A stretch of 64,000 nt of DNA from Planctomycetota bacterium (GTDB lineage Bacteria > Planctomycetota > PLA2 > JAEUHO01): positions 2,144,001 through 2,208,000 of the forward strand of contig CBDCTJ010000007.1 in NCBI GenBank assembly GCA_965222115.1, written 5' to 3'. The notes beneath the pieces were generated by a model that was not told where the DNA came from, searched no databases, and saw nothing but the letters and a program-made list of their open reading frames with translations. Shown here in pieces: positions 60,181-64,000 of the stretch. The stretch's first letter is position 1. Each line of letters begins with the position of its first letter. A program made the position numbers and the translations under genes.

Positions 60181-62433
60181 ATGTATCGCACAGTCATCGG
60201 TATCGCCGTCGCGTTGGCCATCGGGCTCGGCATCGTCGGTCTCACCTTCTCCGCCAACCGCGACGAACCGGCGGATTTCGTGTTCGCCAACGGTACAGAG
60301 CCCAAGAGCCTTGATCCGCACATCATGACGGGGCAGCCCGAGGGACGAATTGCGACCGCGCTATTTGAGGGGCTCGCCTATCGAGACCCCAAGTCGCTGG
60401 AACCCGTGCCGGGTATGGCGAAGTCGTGGAGCGTATCCAGTGACGGACGAACGTACACATTCAAGATGCGGCCCGGCGTCACGTGGAATGATGGCACGCC
60501 CATCACGGCGGAAGACTTCGCCTATTCGTGGCGTCGATTACAGGAACCCGAACTCGCTTCCGAATACGCCTACTTCATGCACATGATCAAGTGGGCCGCT
60601 GAGTACAACACCTATGAGGGCAATGTCTTTGCCTTGATTGGATTGCCACCAGCGAAGAACACAGAAGAGGACAAGCGAGAGGCCGACGAGCAGCGCCGTG
60701 CGCTAACGAAGATCGCCGATCGCTATTTGGCCAGCCACGATGTACAGGCTGCGCGCGCCGAACTGAACGCGTGGACGAAATTGCGCAAGGCCGAGAAACG
60801 TCAAGACGTGGATGGGACGATGCGTTCCGTTCCCATTCGAGGCGTAATCCATGCGTTGGATGAACTCATTGGACGTAGCGATGGGCCGGTGGATCGCGAC
60901 GCGTGGATCAAGTTCATGGAACGGCAGCGCCTTGCGCAAGCCATCAAGAACACCAAGCAAGTTGAGTTGCAGCAAGCGCTTGCGGCGTCCGATCAGCAAT
61001 GGCCAATCGCAAAGCTCACGGAAATTCGAGGCGCCCTGATTATCGAGGCGTTGACACGCTGGTCTCAGTGGATTGTCGCCGACCAGCGTTTTGGCAAAAC
61101 CGAAGGCGTATTCGCACCGGACCCGAGCACGCTGATCGTTGAGTTGCGCGCGCCCACACCCTATTTTCTGGAAGTTGTTTCCTTCTATTCTGCGCTTCCG
61201 GTGCCCAAGCACGTCGTTGACGTGGAGGGCAACAACGATGACTGGTTTCGACACGAAAAAATTGTATCCAATGGACCCTTCGAGATGGTCGCCTGGCGCG
61301 TAAACGATCGGATTCGTCTCAAGCGGAGCAAGACCTATTGGAGCCGCAAAACGGTTCGCATTGAGACGATCGACGCGTTGCCCATCTCGGATGCGACGGC
61401 AGCGCTCAACTTGTACCTGACAGATGAACTTGATTGGGCGCAGAGTCCGCCACCGGACGTTATTGATGTGCTAAAGACGCGCGAGGACTTTCGCACCACC
61501 GCGGCATTGGGGACCTACTACTACCGATTTAACTGCACGAAACCTCCCTTTAGCAGCGCGCACGTTCGTCTGGCCACATGCATGGCGGTAAACCGCGACG
61601 AGATCGTCAAGGGCGTCCTTCGGGGCGGCCAAGAACCAGCGATCCATTTCGTTCCACCCGGCATTCCCGCCTACGAGCCGCCACCGTCTCGCATCCGGTT
61701 CGATCCCGATGCGGCCCGTACATTGTTCAAAGAAGGCCTTGCTGAGTTCAAGAATGACGATGGCACGCCCATGTACCCCGATGGCGTTGTGAAGCAGACA
61801 CTCCATCTACTGTACAACACCAACGAAGTGCATTCGAAAGTTGCGGACACGGTTGCCGATCATCTCTACAAACATCTCGGCCTGCGTGTAAAGCCCATCA
61901 ATCAGGAATGGCAAGCGTACCAAGTTACGACGCGGGCCCTGGACTACGATCTCGCTCGAGCGGCGTGGATCGGCGACTACATGGATCCCAATACCTTCTT
62001 GGACATGTGGGAAACCAACGGCGGAAACAACCAGACGGGTTGGTCGAGTCCTATCTACGATCAGTTGCTTCGATTTGGGAAGGATCCTGAACAGTTTCTG
62101 GCGGTCGCCGAGCAGTGGATTCCTAAGTTGAAGGAACCCGAGCGGATGCAGGAAGCTGTTGCGTTGGCGTCGGATGCAGAGACACGAGGGAAAGGGCTTG
62201 CCGCGCTGCGCATGCAGTGTTTTCGGGAGGCCGAAGCAATCCTTTTTCAGGATCAATTTCCAATCATGCCGCTTTACTACTACGTGTGGCAGAGCATGGT
62301 GAGTCCGCGCGTGCGTGGATGGTACGAGTACTGCCTGTTCCCAGATGGTTCTAAGAAACCGAATATGAAAGACATTCATCCGCTCCGGGGAATCTGGATC
62401 GATCAAGGTAGCAACGCGGGGTCGAGCAAATGA
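60181..62433 (+). CDS. oppA: Oligopeptide ABC substrate-binding protein
   Basis: NGTEPKSLDP, LFEGL, WNDGTPITAEDF, VSNGPF, RAAWIGDYMDPNTFL, NNQTGW; GGAGG SD. Confidence 0.92.
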   Translation: MYRTVIGIAVALAIGLGIVGLTFSANRDEPADFVFANGTEPKSLDPHIMTGQPEGRIATALFEGLAYRDPKSLEPVPGMAKSWSVSSDGRTYTFKMRPGVTWNDGTPITAEDFAYSWRRLQEPELASEYAYFMHMIKWAAEYNTYEGNVFALIGLPPAKNTEEDKREADEQRRALTKIADRYLASHDVQAARAELNAWTKLRKAEKRQDVDGTMRSVPIRGVIHALDELIGRSDGPVDRDAWIKFMERQRLAQAIKNTKQVELQQALAASDQQWPIAKLTEIRGALIIEALTRWSQWIVADQRFGKTEGVFAPDPSTLIVELRAPTPYFLEVVSFYSALPVPKHVVDVEGNNDDWFRHEKIVSNGPFEMVAWRVNDRIRLKRSKTYWSRKTVRIETIDALPISDATAALNLYLTDELDWAQSPPPDVIDVLKTREDFRTTAALGTYYYRFNCTKPPFSSAHVRLATCMAVNRDEIVKGVLRGGQEPAIHFVPPGIPAYEPPPSRIRFDPDAARTLFKEGLAEFKNDDGTPMYPDGVVKQTLHLLYNTNEVHSKVADTVADHLYKHLGLRVKPINQEWQAYQVTTRALDYDLARAAWIGDYMDPNTFLDMWETNGGNNQTGWSSPIYDQLLRFGKDPEQFLAVAEQWIPKLKEPERMQEAVALASDAETRGKGLAALRMQCFREAEAILFQDQFPIMPLYYYVWQSMVSPRVRGWYEYCLFPDGSKKPNMKDIHPLRGIWIDQGSNAGSSK

Positions 62434-63626
62434 GGCGCGCACCGGTCGGTGTGATCGTTCTCGGCGTACTTGCGTTGACGATTCTCGGGGTTGTAGGCAA
62501 GTTCGTGGGGTGGACCGAGGCGCTTGTACTTCTCGGCGGCATGTTACTGCTGACGGCCACCGTGTGGTTGTCACCTTTTGCCTCGCGTGTCTTGGGGTCG
62601 CTCTACGCGGCCGCACTCACGTTTGTCATTGCACGTCTCATGTGGGGTATCGAAATTGGCCTAGGACTTGCCGCACTTGTCGGAATTGCCGCATGGTTCT
62701 TGCTGGGTGTCCGCGTGCATCGGCGCATCTGTTTCATGATCCCCAGTCTCGTGTTGCTTATCTTTGTAACGTGCATCCTCATGTACAGTGCCCCGGGTAG
62801 CCCCTTCGCATCCGAGCGCGTCCAATCCGATCAAGTCCGCGCGGCGCAGGAGCGAAAGTTCGACATTTCCGATAGCGCATTAGGGTTCTTCACCAATTAC
62901 ATCACGCGCCTTGTGACCACCGGATCGATGGGAAAATCGACGACGGTGCAGGGGCGAACGGTCAATGAACTGCTCTTGCCGGCGCTACCCGTGAGTGTGT
63001 CACTTGGTTTGTTGGCGCTTATTCTCGCGATTGGGATTGGCCTCTTTCTTGGCATTCGGGCGGGGCTGCGCCCCAATTCCTTTGCCGACTTCACCAGCAT
63101 GGGCGTGGCGCTGGTAGGCGTGTCGCTTCCGAATTTTGTGATTGGTGCCACGCTCATTCTCATTTTCGCGCTCAAATTGGGATGGTTACCTTCTGCAGGG
63201 TGGGGCGGCTACCGCCACTTGGTTTTGCCAGCGATCACGTTGGCGTTGCCCTATGCGGCGTACATCGCCCGCTTGGCCAGAACGGGCACGATTGATGTGA
63301 TGCGTCAAGACTTCATTCGAACGGCCCGCGCCAAGGGACTGCCGGACCGTGCGGTCGTGCTGAAGCACGCGCTCAAGGGAGCCATTTTACCCGTCGTATC
63401 CTTTCTCGGCCCCGCCGCGGCCGGCATCATGACCGGGTCGTTCGTCGTGGAGAAGCTGTTTAACATTCCGGGCATGGGCCAGTGGTTTGTGAACGGCGCC
63501 ATCAATCGGGACTTCTCGGTCGTGCTGGGAACGGCCATCATCTACTTTTCGATGATTACGTTCTTTAACCTTGCTGTCGACTTCGCATACGCATGGCTCG
63601 ATCCCCGAACGAGGGAGGACCTGTGA
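62430..63626 (+). CDS. oppB: Oligopeptide ABC permease with N-terminal TM extension
   Basis: APGSPF, EAA loop DFIRTARAKGL, VEKLFNIPGMG, VDFAYAWLDPR; ATGA overlap with oppA. Confidence 0.92.
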   Translation: MRRAPVGVIVLGVLALTILGVVGKFVGWTEALVLLGGMLLLTATVWLSPFASRVLGSLYAAALTFVIARLMWGIEIGLGLAALVGIAAWFLLGVRVHRRICFMIPSLVLLIFVTCILMYSAPGSPFASERVQSDQVRAAQERKFDISDSALGFFTNYITRLVTTGSMGKSTTVQGRTVNELLLPALPVSVSLGLLALILAIGIGLFLGIRAGLRPNSFADFTSMGVALVGVSLPNFVIGATLILIFALKLGWLPSAGWGGYRHLVLPAITLALPYAAYIARLARTGTIDVMRQDFIRTARAKGLPDRAVVLKHALKGAILPVVSFLGPAAAGIMTGSFVVEKLFNIPGMGQWFVNGAINRDFSVVLGTAIIYFSMITFFNLAVDFAYAWLDPRTREDL

Positions 63627-64000
63627 CTCACAACGGATCACCGCCTGGCGCCACCCGCGATGGCGTCACAGTGGATATCGCCCACGGACGAAGCCTTGGC
63701 CAGGATGCCTGGCGACGTCTGCGCAAGAACCGCTTTGCCATGTTCGGGCTCGCCGTGTTTTTGTTGTTGGCGCTGGCGTGTTTTCTTCTGCCGGTGTTGT
63801 TCAAGATGGATTACGGCACGACAACGCCATCGCGCGCGTGGCTGTCTCCGCTTGAGGACGGTGCAGGGATATTCGGTACCGACGGTCTTGGACGCGACTA
63901 CCTTGCGCGGGTGCTTAAGGGTGGGCAGATTTCGATCATGGTCGGCATCGTTGCCACACTCGTGTCCATTGTGATCGGCGTCTTGTACGGTTCCATCAGC
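63623..64000 (+). CDS. oppC: Oligopeptide ABC permease (runs off window end)
   Basis: GGAGG SD + GTG overlapping the oppB stop; SLGQDAWRRLRKNRFA, FGTDGLGRDYLARVLKGGQISIMVG. Confidence 0.92.
   Translation, partial: MTHNGSPPGATRDGVTVDIAHGRSLGQDAWRRLRKNRFAMFGLAVFLLLALACFLLPVLFKMDYGTTTPSRAWLSPLEDGAGIFGTDGLGRDYLARVLKGGQISIMVGIVATLVSIVIGVLYGSIS

Overview
GC-rich bacterial chromosome segment, most likely from a Planctomycetota member: the 16S carries GGATTAGGCATGCAAGTC (the Pla46 signature), the 5S is short (~110 nt), and HEAT/VWA, DUF1570-like and membrane-anchored ECF sigma proteins are common. It opens with a linked 16S-23S-5S operon whose 23S is interrupted at E. coli position 1931 by a 752-nt group I intron encoding a LAGLIDADG homing endonuclease. 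A vapBC toxin-antitoxin pair and tRNA-Ile follow. The rest mixes housekeeping genes (aroC, tRNA-Thr, recQ, dusB, thiS/thiG, fabZ-like, HU, opp ABC transporter) with many secreted hypothetical proteins. Best leads: (1) an exported thioredoxin-fold protein with in-frame UGA in a UxxC motif (probable selenoprotein, split by the ORF caller); (2) an ECF sigma factor fused to a pilin-like/DUF2950-like domain with an internal SD+ATG and a free-standing paralog next door; (3) a covarying structured repeat found here only beside rRNA/tRNA genes; (4) a -10-box/start-codon spacing suggesting leaderless mRNAs at seven genes; (5) a ~200-nt 6S-like hairpin; (6) tandem OppA proteins with matching large insertions. 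All family assignments come from motif recognition by eye; no database search was run, and some start codons are best guesses.
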